Source: Mytilus trossulus (Eukaryota). Taken from it: a stretch of DNA of 64,000 nt. Both the position numbers and the translations under genes were made by a program. The notes under the pieces are model-generated. The model did no database searches and had not been told where the DNA came from. It saw nothing but the letters and a program-made list of their open reading frames with translations. The stretch's first letter is position 1. Each line of letters begins with the position of its first letter. Positions 35,770 to 50,285 of this stretch are shown piece after piece. The DNA is taken from NCBI RefSeq assembly GCF_036588685.1, contig NC_086373.1, positions 372,001 to 436,000 on the forward strand, written 5' to 3'.

Positions 35770-38700
35770 CACACAAGATGTGGCAGGGTGATAATGTTTT
35801 TTCTCAATCCTCCCAAGCCTTGGAAGCTGGAGTACAAGCACACATAAAATGTGACAGGGTGATAATGTTTGTTCTCAACCCTCCCCAGTCTAGGCATCTG
35901 AGTAACAGCACACACAAGATGTGACAGAGTGATCATGTTTGTTTTCAACCCTCCCCAGCCTAGGAATCTGGAGTAACAGCACACACAAGATGTGACAGGG
36001 TGATAATGTTTGTTCTCAACCCTCCCCAGCTTAGGAATCTGGAGTAACAGCACATACAAGATGTGACAGTGTGATAATGTTTGTTCTCAACCCTCCCCAT
36101 CCTAGGAATCTGGAGTAACAGCACAAACAAGATGTGACAGGGTGATAATGTTTGTTCTCAACCCTCCCCATCCTAGGAATCTGGAGTAACAGCACAAACA
36201 AGATGTGACAGGGTGATAATGTTTGTTTTTAACCCTCCCCAGCCATGGAATCTGAAGTAACAGCACACACAAGATGTGACAGTGTGATAATATATATAGG
36301 AAGATGTGGTGTGAGTGCCAATGAGACAACTCTCCATCCAAATAACAATTTAAAAAGTAAACCATTATAGGTTTAAGTACGGCCTTCAACACGGAGCTTT
36401 GGCTCACACCGAACTACAAGATAAAGGACCCCAACATTACTAGTGTAAAACCATTCAAACAGGAAAACCAACGGTTTAATCTATATAAACAAAATAATGT
36501 TTGTTTTCAACCCTCCCCAGCCTAGGAATCTAGAGTAACAGCACACACATGATGTGACAGGATGATAATGTTTGTTCTCAACCCTCCCCTGCCTAGGAAG
36601 CTGGAGTAACAGCACAAACACGATGTGACAGGATGATAACGTTTGTTCTCAACCCTCCCCAGCCTAGGAAGCTGGAGTAACAGCACAAACACGATGTGAT
36701 AGGATGATAATGTTTGTTCTCAACCCTCCCCAGCCTAGGAATCTGGAGTAACAGTCTATTATATAACAAGTTCAACTAGTCCCCAGCCTAGGAATCTGGA
36801 GTAACAGCACAAACACGATGTGACAGGATCATAATGTTTGTTCTCAACCCTCCCCAGCCTTGGAATCTGGAGTAACAGCACAAACACGATGTGACAGGAT
36901 GATAATGTTTGTTCTCAACCCTCCCCAGCCTAGGAAGCTGGAGTAACAGCACAAACACGATGTGATAGGATGATAATGTTTGTTCTCAACCCTCCCCAGC
37001 CTAGGAATCTGGAGTAACAGTCTATTATATAACAAGTTCAACTAGTCCCCAGCCTAGGAATCTGGAGTAACAGCACAAACACGATGTGACAGGATCATAA
37101 TGTTTGTTCTCAACCCTCCCCAGCCTTGGAATCTGGAGTCACAGCACAAACACGATGTGACAGGATGATAATGTTTGTTCTTAACCCTCCCCAGCCTTGG
37201 AAGCTGGAGTAACAGCACAAACACGATGTGACAGGATCATAATGTTTGTTCTTAACCCTCCCCAGCCTAGGAATCTAGAGTAACAGCACACACATGATGT
37301 GACAGGATGATAATGTTTGTTCTCAACCCTCCCCAGCCTTGGAATCTGGAGTAACAGCACAAACACGATGTGACAGGATGATAATGTTTGTTCTCAACCC
37401 TCCCCAGCCTAGGAAGCTGGAGTAACAGCACAAACACGATGTGACAGGATGATAATGTTTGTTCTTAACCCTCCCCATCCTTGGAAGCTGGAGTAACAGC
37501 ACAAACACGATGTGACAGGATCATAATGTTTGTTCTCAACCCTCCCCAGCCTTGGAAGCTGGAGTAACAGCACAAACACGATGTGACAGGATCATAATGT
37601 TTGTTCTCAACCATCCCCAGCCTTGGAATCTGGAGTAACAGCACAAACACGATGTGACAGGATGAAAATGTTTGTTTTCAACCCTCCCCAGCCTTGGAAG
37701 CTGGAGTAACAGCACAAACACGATGTGACAGGATCATAATGTTTGTTCTCAACCATCCCCAGCCTTGGAATCTGGAGTAACAGCACAAACACGATGTGAC
37801 AGGATGAAAATGTTTGTTTTCAACCCTCCCCAGCCTTGGAATCTAGAGTAACAGCACAAACACGATGTGACAGGATGATAATGTTTGTTTTCAACCCTCC
37901 CCAGCCTTGGAATCTGGAGTAACAGCACAAACACGATGTGACAGGATGATAATGTTTGTTCTTAACCCTCCCCAGCCTTGGAAGCTGGAGTAACAGCACA
38001 CACAAGATGTGACAGGATCATAATGTTTGTTCTTAACCCTCTCCAGCCTTGGAAGCTGGAGTAACAGCACAAACACGATGTGACAGGATGATAATGTTTG
38101 TTCTTAACCCTCCCCAGCCTAGGAAGCTGGAGTAACAGCACAAACACGATGTGACAGGATCATAATGTATGTTCTCAACCCTCCCCAGCCTTGGAAGCTG
38201 GAGTAACAGCACAAACACGATGTGACAGGATGATAATGTTTGTTCTTAACCCTCCCCAGCCTTGGAAGCTGGAGTAACAGCACAAACACGATGTGACAGG
38301 ATGATAATGTTTGTTCTCAACCCTCCCCAGCCTTGGAAGCTGGAGTAACAGCACAAACACGATGTGACAGGATGATAATGTTTGTTCTCAACCCTCCCCA
38401 GCCTTGGAATCTGGAGTAACAGCACAAACACGATGTGACAGGATGATAATGTTTGTTCTCAACCCTCCCCAGCCTTGGAAGCTGGAGTAACAGCACAAAC
38501 ACGATGTGACAGGATGATAATGTTTGTTCTTAACCCTCCCCAGTCTAGGAAGCTGGAGTAACAGCACAAACACGATGTGACAGGATGATAATGTTTGTTC
38601 TTAACCCTCCCCAGCCTTGGAATCTGGAGTAACAGCACAAACACGATGTGACAGGATGAAAATGTTTGTTCTCAACCCTCCCCAGCCTTGGAAGCTGGAG

Positions 38701-41700
38701 AAACAGCACAAACACGATGTGACAGGATGATAATGTTTGTTCTCAACCCTCCCCAGCCTAGGAATCTGGAGTAACAGCACAAACACGATGTGACAGGATG
38801 ATAATGTTTGTTCTCAACCCTCCCCAGCCTTGGAAGCTGGAGTAACAGCACACACAAGATGTGACAGGATGATAATGTTTGTTCTCAACTCTCCCCAGCC
38901 TTGGAAGCTGGAGTAACAGCACAAACACGATGTGACAGGATGATAATATTTGTTTTAAATCCTCCCCAGTCTAGGAATCTGGAGTCACAGCACAAACACG
39001 ATGTGACAGGATGATAATGTTTGTTTTCAACCCTCCCCAGCCTTGGAATCTGGAGTAACAGCACAAACACGATGTGACAGGATCATAATGTTTGTTCTTA
39101 ACCCTCCCCAGCCTTGGAAGCTGGAGTAACAGCACAAACACGATGTGACAGGATCATAATGTTTGTTCTCAACCCTCCCCAGCCTAGGAAGCTGGAGTCA
39201 CAGCACAAACACGGTGTGACAGGATGATAATGTTTGTTCTTAACCCTCCCCAGCCTTGGAATCTGGAGTAACAGCACAAACACGATGTGACAGGATCATA
39301 ATGTTTGTTCTCAACACTCCCCAGCCTAGGAAGCTGGAGTAACAGCACAAACACGATGTGACAGGATCATAATGTTTGTTTTCAACCATCCCCAGCCTTG
39401 GAATCTGGAGTAACAGCACAAACACGATGTGACAGGATGATAATGTTTGTTCTCAACCCTCCCCAGCCTTGGAAGCTGGAGTAACAGCACAAACACGATG
39501 TGACAGGATGATAATGTTTGTTCTCAACCCTCCCCAGCCTTGGAAGCTGGAGTAACAGCACAAACACGATGTGACAGGATGATAATGTTTGTTCTCAACC
39601 CTCCCCAGTCTAGGAAGCTGGAGTAACAGCACAAACACGATGTGAAAGGATGATAATGTTTGTTCTCAACCCTCCCCAGCCTTGGAAGCTGGAGTAACAG
39701 CACAAACACGATGTGAAAGGATGATAATGTTTGTTCTCAACCCTCCCCAGTCTAGGAAGCTGGAGTAACAGCACAAACACGATGTGACAGGATGATAATG
39801 TTTGTTCTTAACCCTCCCCAGCCTTGGAAGCTGGAGTAACGGCACAAACACGATGTGACAGGATGATAATGTTTGTTCTCAACACTCCCCAGCCTTGGAA
39901 TCTGGAGTAACAGCACAAACACGATGTGACAGGATGATAATGTTTGTTCTCAACCCTCCCCAGCCTTGGAAGCTGGAGTAACAGCACAAACACGATGTGA
40001 CAGGATGATAATGTTTGTTCTCAACCCTCCCCAGCCTAGGAAGCTGGAGTAACAGCACACACAAGATGTGACAGGATGATAATGTTTGTTCTCAACTCTC
40101 CCCAGCCTTGGAAGCTGGAGTAACAGCACAAACACGATGTGACAGGATGATAATATTTGTTTTAAATCCTCCCCAGCCTAGGAATCTGGAGTCACAACAC
40201 AAACACGATGTGACAGGATGATAATGTTTGTTTTCAACCCTCCCCAGCCTTGGAATCTGGAGTAACAGCACAAACACGATGTGACAGGATCATAATGTTT
40301 GTTCTTAACCCTCCCCAGCCTTGGAAGCTGGAGTAACAGCACAAACACGATGTGACAGGATCATAATGTTTGTTCTCAACCCTCCCCAGCCTAGGAAGCT
40401 GGAGTCACAGCACAAACACGGTGTGACAGGATGATAATGTTTGTTCTTAACCCTCCCCAGCCTTGGAATCTGGAGTAACAGCACAAACACGATGTGACAG
40501 GATCATAATGTTTGTTCTCAACACTCCCCAGCCTAGGAAGCTGGAGTAACAGCACAAACACGATGTGACAGGATCATAATGTTTGTTTTCAACCATCCCC
40601 AGCCTTGGAATCTGGAGTAACAGCACACACAAGATGTGACAGGGTGATAATGTTTGTTCTCAACCCTCCCCAGCCTAGGAAGCTGGAGTCACAGCACAAA
40701 TACGATGTGACAGGATGATAATGTTTGTTCTTAACCCTCCCCAGCCTTGGAATCTGGAGTAACAGCACAAACACGATGTGACAGGATGATAATGTTTGTT
40801 CTCAACACTCCCCAGCCTAGGAAGCTGGAGTAACAGCACAAACACGATGTGACAGGATCATAATGTTTGTTCTCAATCATCCCCAGCCTTGGAATCTGGA
40901 GTAACAGCACAAACACGATGTGACAGGATCATAATGTTTGTTCTCAACCCTCCCCAGCCTAGGAAGCTGGAGTCACAGCACAAATACGATGTGACAGGAT
41001 GATAATGTTTGTTCTTAACCCTCCCCAGCCTTGGAATCTGGAGTAACAGCACAAACACGATGAGACAGGATGATAATGTTTGTTCTTAACCCTCCCCAGC
41101 CTAGGAATCTGGAGTAACAGCACAAACACGATGTGACAGGATCATAATGTTTGTTCTCAACCCTCCCCAGCCTTGGAAGCTGGAGTAACAGCACAAACAC
41201 GATGTGACAGGATGATAATGTTTGTTCTCAACCCTCCCCAGCCTTGGAAGCTGGAGTAACAGCACAAACACGATGTGACAGGATCATAATGTTTGTTCTC
41301 AACCCTCTCCAGCCTACGAATCTGGAGTAACAGCACAAACACGATGTGACAGGATGATAATGTTTGTTCTTAACCCTCCCCAGCCTAGGAATCTGGAGTA
41401 ACAGCACAAACATGATGTGACAGGATGATAATGTTTGTTCTCAACCCTCCCCAGCCTTGTAAGCTGGAGTAACAGCACAAACACGATGTGACAGGATGAA
41501 AATGTTTGTTCTCAACCCTGCCCAGCCTTGGAAGCTGGAGTAACAGCACAAACACGATGTGACAGGATGATAATGTTTGTTCTCAACCCTCCCCAGCCTT
41601 GGAAGCTGGAGTAACAGCACAAACACGATGTGACAGGATGATAATGTTTGTTTTCAACCCTCCCCAGCCTTGGAATCTGGAGTAACAGCACAAACACGAT

Positions 41701-44700
41701 GTGACAGGATCATAATGTTTGTTCTCAACCCTCCCCAGCCTAGGAAGCTGGAGTCACAGCACAAACACGATGTGACAGGATGATAATGTTTGTTCTTAAC
41801 CCTCCCCAGCCTTGGAATCTGGAGTAACAGCACAAACACGATGTGACAGGATCATAATGTTTGTTCCCAACACTCCCCAGCCTAGGAAGCTGGAGTAACA
41901 GCACAAACACGATGTGACAGGATCATAATGTTTGTTTTCAACCATCCCCAGCCTTGGAATCTGGAGTAACAGCACACACAAGATGTGACAGGGTGATAAT
42001 GTTTGTTCTCAACCCTCCCCAGCCTAGGAAGCTGGAGTCACAGCACAAACACGATGTGATAGGATGATAATGTTTGTTCTTAACCCTCCCCAGCCTTGGA
42101 ATCTGGAGTAACAGCACAAACACGATGTGACAGGATCATAATGTTTGTTCTCAACACTCCCCAGCCTAGGAAGCTGGAGTAACAGCACAAACACGATGTG
42201 ACAGGATCATAATGTTTGTTCTCAACCATCCCCAGCCTTGGAATCTGGAGTAACAGCACAAACACGATGTGACAGGATCATAATGTTTGTTCTCAACCCT
42301 CCCCAGCCTAGGAAGCTGGAGTAACGGCACAAACACGATGTGACAGGATGATAATGTTTGTTTTCAACCCTCCCCAGCCTAGGAATCTGGAGTCACAGCA
42401 CAAACACGATGTGACAGGATGATAATGTTTGTTTTCAACCCTTCCCAGCCTAGGAAACTGGAGTAACAGCACAAACACGATGTGACAGGATCATAATGTT
42501 TGTTCTCAACCCTCCCCAGCCTAGGAAGCTGGAGTCACAGCACAAACACGATGTGACAGGATGATAATGTTTGTTTTCAACCCTTCCCAGCCTAGGAAGC
42601 TGGAGTAACAGCACAAACACGATGTGACAGGATGATAATGTTTGTTCTTAACCCTCCCCAGCCTTGGAAGCTGGAGTAACAGCACAAACACGATGTGACA
42701 GGATCATAATATTTGTTCTCAACCATCCCCAGCCTTGGAATCTGGAGTAACAGCAGAAACACGATGTGACAGGATCATAATGTTTGTTCTCAACACTCCC
42801 CAGCCTTGTAAGCTGGAGTAACAGCACACACACGATGTGACAGGATGATAATGTTTGTTCTCAACCCTCCCCAGCCTTGGAAGCTGGAGTAACAGCACAA
42901 ACACGATGTGACAGGATGATAATGTTTGTTCTTAACCCTCCCCAGCCTTGGAAGCTGGAGTAACAGCACAAACACGATGTGACAGGATCATAATGTTTGT
43001 TCTCAACCATCCCCAGCCTTGGAATCTGGAGTAACAGCACAAACACGATGTGACAGGATCATAATGTTTGTTCTCAACACTCCCCAGCCTTGTAAGCTGG
43101 AGTAACAGCACAAACACGATGTGACAGGATGATAATGTTTGTTCTTAACCCTCCCCAGCCTAGGAATCTAGAGTAACAGCACAAACACGATGTGACAGGA
43201 TGATAATGTTTGTTCTCAACCTTCCCCTGCCTAGGAAGCTGGAGTAACAGCACAAACACGATGTGACAGGATGATAATGTTTGTTCTCAACCCTCCCCTG
43301 CCTAGGAAGCTGGAGTAACAGCACAAACACGCTGTGACAGGATGATAATGTTTGTTCTCAACCCTCCCCAGCCTAGGAATCTGGAGTAACAGCACAAACA
43401 CGATGTGACAGGATGATAATGTTTGTTCTCAACCCTCCCCTGCCTTGGAATCTGGAGTCACAACACAAACACGATGTGACAGGATGATAATGTTTGTTCT
43501 TAACCCTCCCCAGCCTTGGAAGCTGGAGTAACAGCACAAACACGATGTGACAGGATGATAATGTTTGTTCTCAACCTTCCCCTGTCTAGGAAGCTGGAGT
43601 AACAGCACAAACACGATGTGACAGGATGATAATGTTTGTTCTCAACCCTCCCCAGCCTAGGAAGCTGGAGTAACAGCACAAACACGATGTGACAGGATGA
43701 TAATGTTTGTTCTCAACCTTCCCCTGCCTAGGAAGCTGGAGTAACAGCACAAACACGATGTGACAGGATGATAATGTTTGTTCTTAACCCTCCCCAGCCT
43801 TGGAAGCTGGAGTAACAGCACAAACACGATGTGACAGGATGATAATGTTTGTTCTCAACCCTCCCCAGCCTAGGAATCTGGAGTAACAGCACAAACACGA
43901 TGTGACAGGATGATAATGTTTGTTCTCAACACTCCCCAGCCTTGGAATCTAGAGTAACAGCACAAACACGATGTGACAGGATGATAATGTTTGTTCTTAA
44001 CCCTCCCCAGCCTTGGAATCTGGAGTAACAGCACAAACACGATGTGACAGGATGATAATGTTTGTTCTTAACCCTCCCCAGCCTAGGAATCTGGAGTAAC
44101 AGCACAAACACGATGTGACAGGATGATAATGTTTGTTCTTAACCCTCCCCAGCCTAGGAATCTGGAGTAACAGCACAAACACGATGTGACAGGATGATAA
44201 TGTTTGTTCTCAACACTCCCCAGCCTTGGAATCTAGAGTAACAGCACAAACACGATGTGACAGGATGATAATGTTTGTTCTTAACCCTCCCCAGCCTTGG
44301 AATCTGGAGTAACAGCACAAACACGATGTGACAGGATGATAATGTTTGTTCTCAACCCTCCCCAGCCTTGGAATCTGGAGTAACAGCACAAACACGATGT
44401 GACAGGATGATAATGTTTGTTCTCAACCCTCCCCTGCCTAGGAATCTGGAGTAACAGCACAAACACGATGTGACAGGATGATAATGTTTGTTTTCAACCC
44501 TTCCCAGCCTTGGAATCTGGAGTAACAGCACAAACACGATGTGACAGGATCATAATATTTGTTCTCAACCATCCCCAGCCTTGGAATCTGGAGTAACAGC
44601 ACAAACACGATGTGACAGGATCATAATGTTTGTTCTCAACACTCCCCAGCCTTGTAAGCTGGAGTAACAGCACACACACGATGTGACAGGATCATAATGT

Positions 44701-47700
44701 TTGTTCTCAACCCTCTCCAGCCTAGGAATCTGGAGTAACAGCACAAACACGATGTGACAGGATGATAATGTTTGTTCTTAACCCTCCCCAGCCTAGGAAT
44801 CTGGAGTAACAGCACAAACATGATGTGACAGGATGATAATGTTTGTTCTCAACCCTCCCCAGCCTTGTAAGCTGGAGTAACAGCACAAACACGATGTGAC
44901 AGGATGAAAATGTTTGTTCTCAACCCTCCCCAGCCTTGGAAGCTGGAGTAACAGCACAAACACGATGTGACAGGATGATAATGTTTGTTCTCAACCCTCC
45001 CCAGCCTTGGAAGCTGGAGTAACAGCACAAACACGATGTGACAGGATAATAATGTTTGTTTTCAACCCTCCCCAGCCTTGGAATCTGGAGTAACAGCACA
45101 AACACGATGTGACAGGATCATAATGTTTGTTCTCAACCCTCCCCAGCCTAGGAAGCTGGAGTCACAGCACAAACACGATGTGACAGGATGATAATGTTTG
45201 TTCTTAACCCTCCCCAGCCTTGGAATCTGGAGTAACAGCACAAACACGATGTGACAGGATCATAATGTTTGTTCCCAACACTCCCCAGCCTAGGAAGCTG
45301 GAGTAACAGCACAAACACGATGTGACAGGATCATAATGTTTGTTTTCAACCATCCCCAGCCTTGGAATCTGGAGTAACAGCACACACAAGATGTGACAGG
45401 GTGATAATGTTTGTTCTCAACCCTCCCCAGCCTAGGAAGCTGGAGTCACAGCACAAACACGATGTGACAGGATGATAATGTTTGTTTTCAACCCTTCCCA
45501 GCCTAGGAATCTGGAGTAACAGCACAAACACGATGTGACAGGATCATAATGTTTGTTCTCAACACTCCCCAGCCTAGGAAGCTGGAGTAACAGCACAAAC
45601 ACGATGTGACAGGATCATAATGTTTGTTCTCAACCATCCCCAGCCTAGGAAGCTGGAGTCACAGCACAAACACGATGTGACAGGATCATAATGTTTGTTC
45701 TCAACACTCCCCAGCCTTGTAAGCTGGAGTAACAGCACACACACGATGTGACAGGATGATAATGTTTGTTCTTAACCCTCCCCAGCCTTGGAAGCTGGAG
45801 TAACAGCACAAACACGATGTGACAGGATGATAATGTTTGTTCTTAACCCTCCCCAGTCTAGGAATCTGGAGTCACAACACAAACACGATGTGACAGGATG
45901 ATAATGTTTGTTCTCAACCCTCCCCAGCCTTGGAAGCTGGAGTAACAGCACAAACACGATGTGACAGGATGATAATGTTTGTTCTTAACCCTCCCCAGTC
46001 TAGGAATCTGGAGTCACAACACAAACACGATGTGACAGGATGATAATGTTTGTTCTCAACCCTCCCCAGCCTTGGAAGCTGGAGTCACAGCACAAACACG
46101 ATGTGACAGGATCATAATGTTTGTTCTCAACACTCCCCAGCCTTGTAAGCTGGAGTAACAGCACACACACGATGTGACAGGATGATAATGTTTGTTCTTA
46201 ACCCTCCCCAGCCTTGGAAGCTGGAGTAACAGCACAAACACGATGTGACAGGATGATAATGTTTGTTCTTAACCCTCCCCAGTCTAGGAAACTGGAGTCA
46301 CAACACAAACACGATGTGACAGGATGATAATGTTTGTTTTCAACCCTCCCCAGCCTTGTAAGCTGGAGTAACAGCACAAACACGATGTGACAGGATGATA
46401 ATGTTTGTTCTTAACCCTCCCCAGCCTAGGAATCTGGAGTAACAGCACAAACACGATGTGACAGGATGATAATGTTTGTTCTTAACCCTCCCCAGCCTAG
46501 GAATCTGGAGTAACAGCACAAACACGATGTGACAGGATGATAATGTTTGTTCTCAACCCTCCCCAGCCTAGGAAGCTGGAGTAACAGCACAAACACGATG
46601 TGACAGGATGATAATGTTTGTTCTTAACCCTCCCCAGCCTTGGAATCTGGAGTAACAGCACAAACACGATGTGACAGGATGATAATGTTTGTTCTCAACC
46701 CTCCCCTGCCTAGGAAGCTGGAGTAACAGCACAAACACGCTGTGACAGGATGATAATGTTTGTTCTCAACCCTCCCCAGCCTAGGAAGCTGGAGTAACAG
46801 CACAAACACGATGTGACAGGATGATAATGTTTGTTCTCAACCCTCCCCAGCCTAGGAATCTGGAGTAACAGCACAAACACGATGTGACAGGATCATAATG
46901 TTTGTTCTCAACACTCCCCAGCCTTGTAAGCTGGAGTAACAGCACACACACGATGTGACAGGATGATAATGTTTGTTCTTAACCCTCCCCAGCCTAGGAA
47001 TCTGGAGTAACAGCACAAACACGATGTGACAGGATCATAATGTTTGTTCTCAACACTCCCCAGCCTTGTAAGCTGGAGTAACAGCACACACACGATGTGA
47101 CAGGATGATAATGTTTGTTCTTAACCGTCCCCAGCCTTGGAAGCTGGAGTAACAGCACAAACACGATGTGACAGGATCATAATGTTTGTTCTCAACCATC
47201 CCCAGCCTTGGAATCTGGAGTAACAGCACAAACACGATGTGACAGGATCATAATGTTTGTTCTCAACACTCCCCAGCCTTGTAAGCTGGAGTAACAGCAC
47301 AAACACGATGTGACAGGATGATAATGTTTGTTCTTAACCCTCCCCAGCCTAGGAATCTGGAGTCACAACACAAACACGATGTGACAGGATGATAATGTTT
47401 GTTCTTAACCCTCCCCAGCCTTGGAATCTGGAGTAACAGCACAAACACGATGTGACAGGATCATAATGTTTGTTCTTAACCATCCCCAGCCTTGGAATCT
47501 GGAGTAACAGCACAAACACGATGTGACAGGATCATAATGTTTGTTCTCAACCATCCCCAGCCTTGGAATCTGGAGTAACAGCACAAACACGATGTGACAG
47601 GATCATAATGTTTGTTCTTAACCCTCCCCAGCCTTGGAATCTGGAGTAACAGCACAAACACGATGTGACAGGATGATAATGTTTGTTCTTAACCCTCCCC

Positions 47701-50285
47701 AGCCTTGGAATCTGGAGTAACAGCACAAACACGATGTGACAGGATGATAATGTTTGTTCTTAACCCTCCCCAGCCTTGGAATCTGGAGTAACAGCACAAA
47801 CACGATGTGACAGGATCATAATGTTTGTTCTCAACCATCCCCAGCCTTGGAATCTGGAGTAACAGCACAAACACGATGTGACAGGATCATAATGTTTGTT
47901 CTTAACCCTCCCCAGCCTTGGAAGCTGGAGTAACAGCACAAACACGATGTGACAGGATCATAATGTTTGTTCTTAACCCTCCCCAGCCTTGGAAGCTGGA
48001 GTAACAGCACAAACACGATATGACAGGATCATAATGTTTGTTCTCAACACTCCCCAGCCTTGGAAGCTGGAGTAACAGCACAAACACGATGTGACAGGAT
48101 CATAATGTTTGTTCTCAACACTCCCCAGCCTTGGAAGCTGGAGTAACAGCACAAACACGATGTGACAGGATGATAATGTTTGTTTTCAACCCTTCCCAGC
48201 CTTGGAATCTGGAGTAACAGCACAAACACGATGTGACAGGATGATAATGTTTGTTCTTAACCCTCCCCAGCCTAGGAATCTGGAGTAACAGCACAAACAC
48301 GATGTGACAGGATCATAATGTTTGTTCTCAACCCTCCCCAGCCTTGGAAGCTGGAGTAACAGCACAAACACGATGTGACAGGATGATAATGTTTGTTCTT
48401 AACCCTCCCCAGCCTTGGAAGCTGGAGTAACAGCACAAACACGATGTGACAGGATCATAATGTTTGTTCTTAACCCTCCCCAGCCTAGGAATCTGGAGTA
48501 ACAGCACAAACACAATGTGACAGGATGATAATGTTTGTTCTTAACCCTCCCCAGCCTTGTAAGCTGGAGTAACAGCACAAACACGATGTGACAGGATGAA
48601 AATGTTTGTTCTCAACCCTCCCCAGCCTTTGAAGCTTGAGTAACAGCACAAACACGATGTGACAGGATCATAATGTTTGTTCTCAACCCTCCCCAGCCTT
48701 GGAAGCTGGAGTAACAGCACAAACACGATGTGACAGGATGATAATGTTTGTTCTCAACCCTCCCCAGCCTTGGAAGCTGGAGTAACAGCACAAACACGAT
48801 GTGACAGGATGATAATGTTTGTTCTCAACCCTCCCCAGCCTTGGAAGCTGGAGTAACAGCACAAACACGATGTGACAGGATGATAATGTTTGTTCTCAAC
48901 CCTCCCCAGCCTTGGAAGCTGGAGTAACAGCACAAACACGATGTGACAGGATGATAATGTTTGTTCTTAACCCTCCCCAGCCTTGGAAGCTGGAGTAACA
49001 GCACAAACACGATGTGACAGGATGATAATGTTTGTTCTTAACCCTCCCCAGCCTTGGAAGCTGGAGTAACAGCACATACACGATGTGACAGGATGATAAT
49101 GTTTGTTCTCAACCTTCCCCTGCCTAGGAAGCTGGAGTAACAGCACAAACACGATGTGACAGGATCATAATGTTTGTTCTCAACCCTCCCCAGCCTTGGA
49201 AGCTGGAGTAACAGCACAAACACGATGTGACAGGATGATAATGTTTGTTCTTAACCTTCCCCTGCCTAGGAAGCTGGAGTAACAGCACAAACACGATGTG
49301 ACAGGATCATAATGTTTGTTCTCAACCCTCCCCAGCCTTGGAAGCTGGAGTAACAGCACAAACACGATGTGACAGGATGATAATGTTTGTTCTCAACCCT
49401 CCCCAGCCTTGGAAGCTGGAGTAACAGCACATACACGATGTGACAGGATGATAATGTTTGTTCTCAACCTTCCCCTGCCTAGGAAGCTGGAGTAACAGCA
49501 CAAACACGATGTGACAGGATGATAATGTTTGTTCTTAACCCTCCCCAGCCTAGGAATCTGGAGTAACAGCACAAACACGATGTGACAGGATCATAATGTT
49601 TGTTCTCAACCCTCCCCAGCCTTGGAATCTGGAGTAACAGCACACACACGTGCACGATGTGACAGGATGATAATGTTTGTTCTTAACCCTCCCCAGCCTT
49701 GGAAGCTGGAGTAACAGCACAAACACGATGTGACAGGATGATAATGTATGTTCTCAACCCTCCCCAGCCTAGGAATCTGGAGTAACAGCACAAACACGAT
49801 GTGACAGGATGATAATGTTTGTTCTCAACCCTCCCCTGCCTTGGAATCTGGAGTAACAGCACAAACACGATGTGACAGGATGATAATGTTTGTTCTCAAC
49901 CCTCCCCAGCCTTGGAAGCTGGAGTAACAGCACAAACACGATGTGACATGATGATAATGTTTGTTCTTAACCCTCCCCAGCCTAGGAAGCTGGAGTAACA
50001 GCACAAACACGATGTGACAGGATGATAATGTTTGTTCTCAACCCTCCCCAGCCTAGGAAGCTGGAGTAACAGCACAAACACGATGTGACAGGATGATAAT
50101 GTTTGTTCTTAACCCTCCCCAGCCTAGGAAGCTGGAGTAACAGCACAAACATGATGTGACAGGATCATAATGTTTGTTCTTAACCCTCCCCAGCCTTGGA
50201 ATCTGGAGTAACAGCACAAACACGATGTGACAGGATGATAATGTTTGTTCTCAACCCTCCCCAGCCTTGGAAGCTGGAGTAACAG
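35770..50285. repeat. 71-bp satellite array, ~200 units
   Basis: Consensus CCCTCCCCAGCCTTGGAAGCTGGAGTAACAGCACAAACACGATGTGACAGGATGATAATGTTTGTTCTCAA. The ORF track repeats at multiples of 71. Confidence 0.98.
36291..36494 (+). mobile_element. Short interspersed element inserted into the satellite
   Basis: Same sequence as the reverse complement of 6750-6958; interrupts a unit at gtgataa|...|taatgtttg. Confidence 0.8.

Noticed and set aside
35770-50285. CRISPR array
   Set aside because: Units are contiguous with no unique spacers, there are no cas genes, and the context is eukaryotic.
35770-50285. Ribozyme-containing satellite (newt/schistosome type)
   Set aside because: No CUGANGA...GAAA core on either strand of the 71-bp unit.
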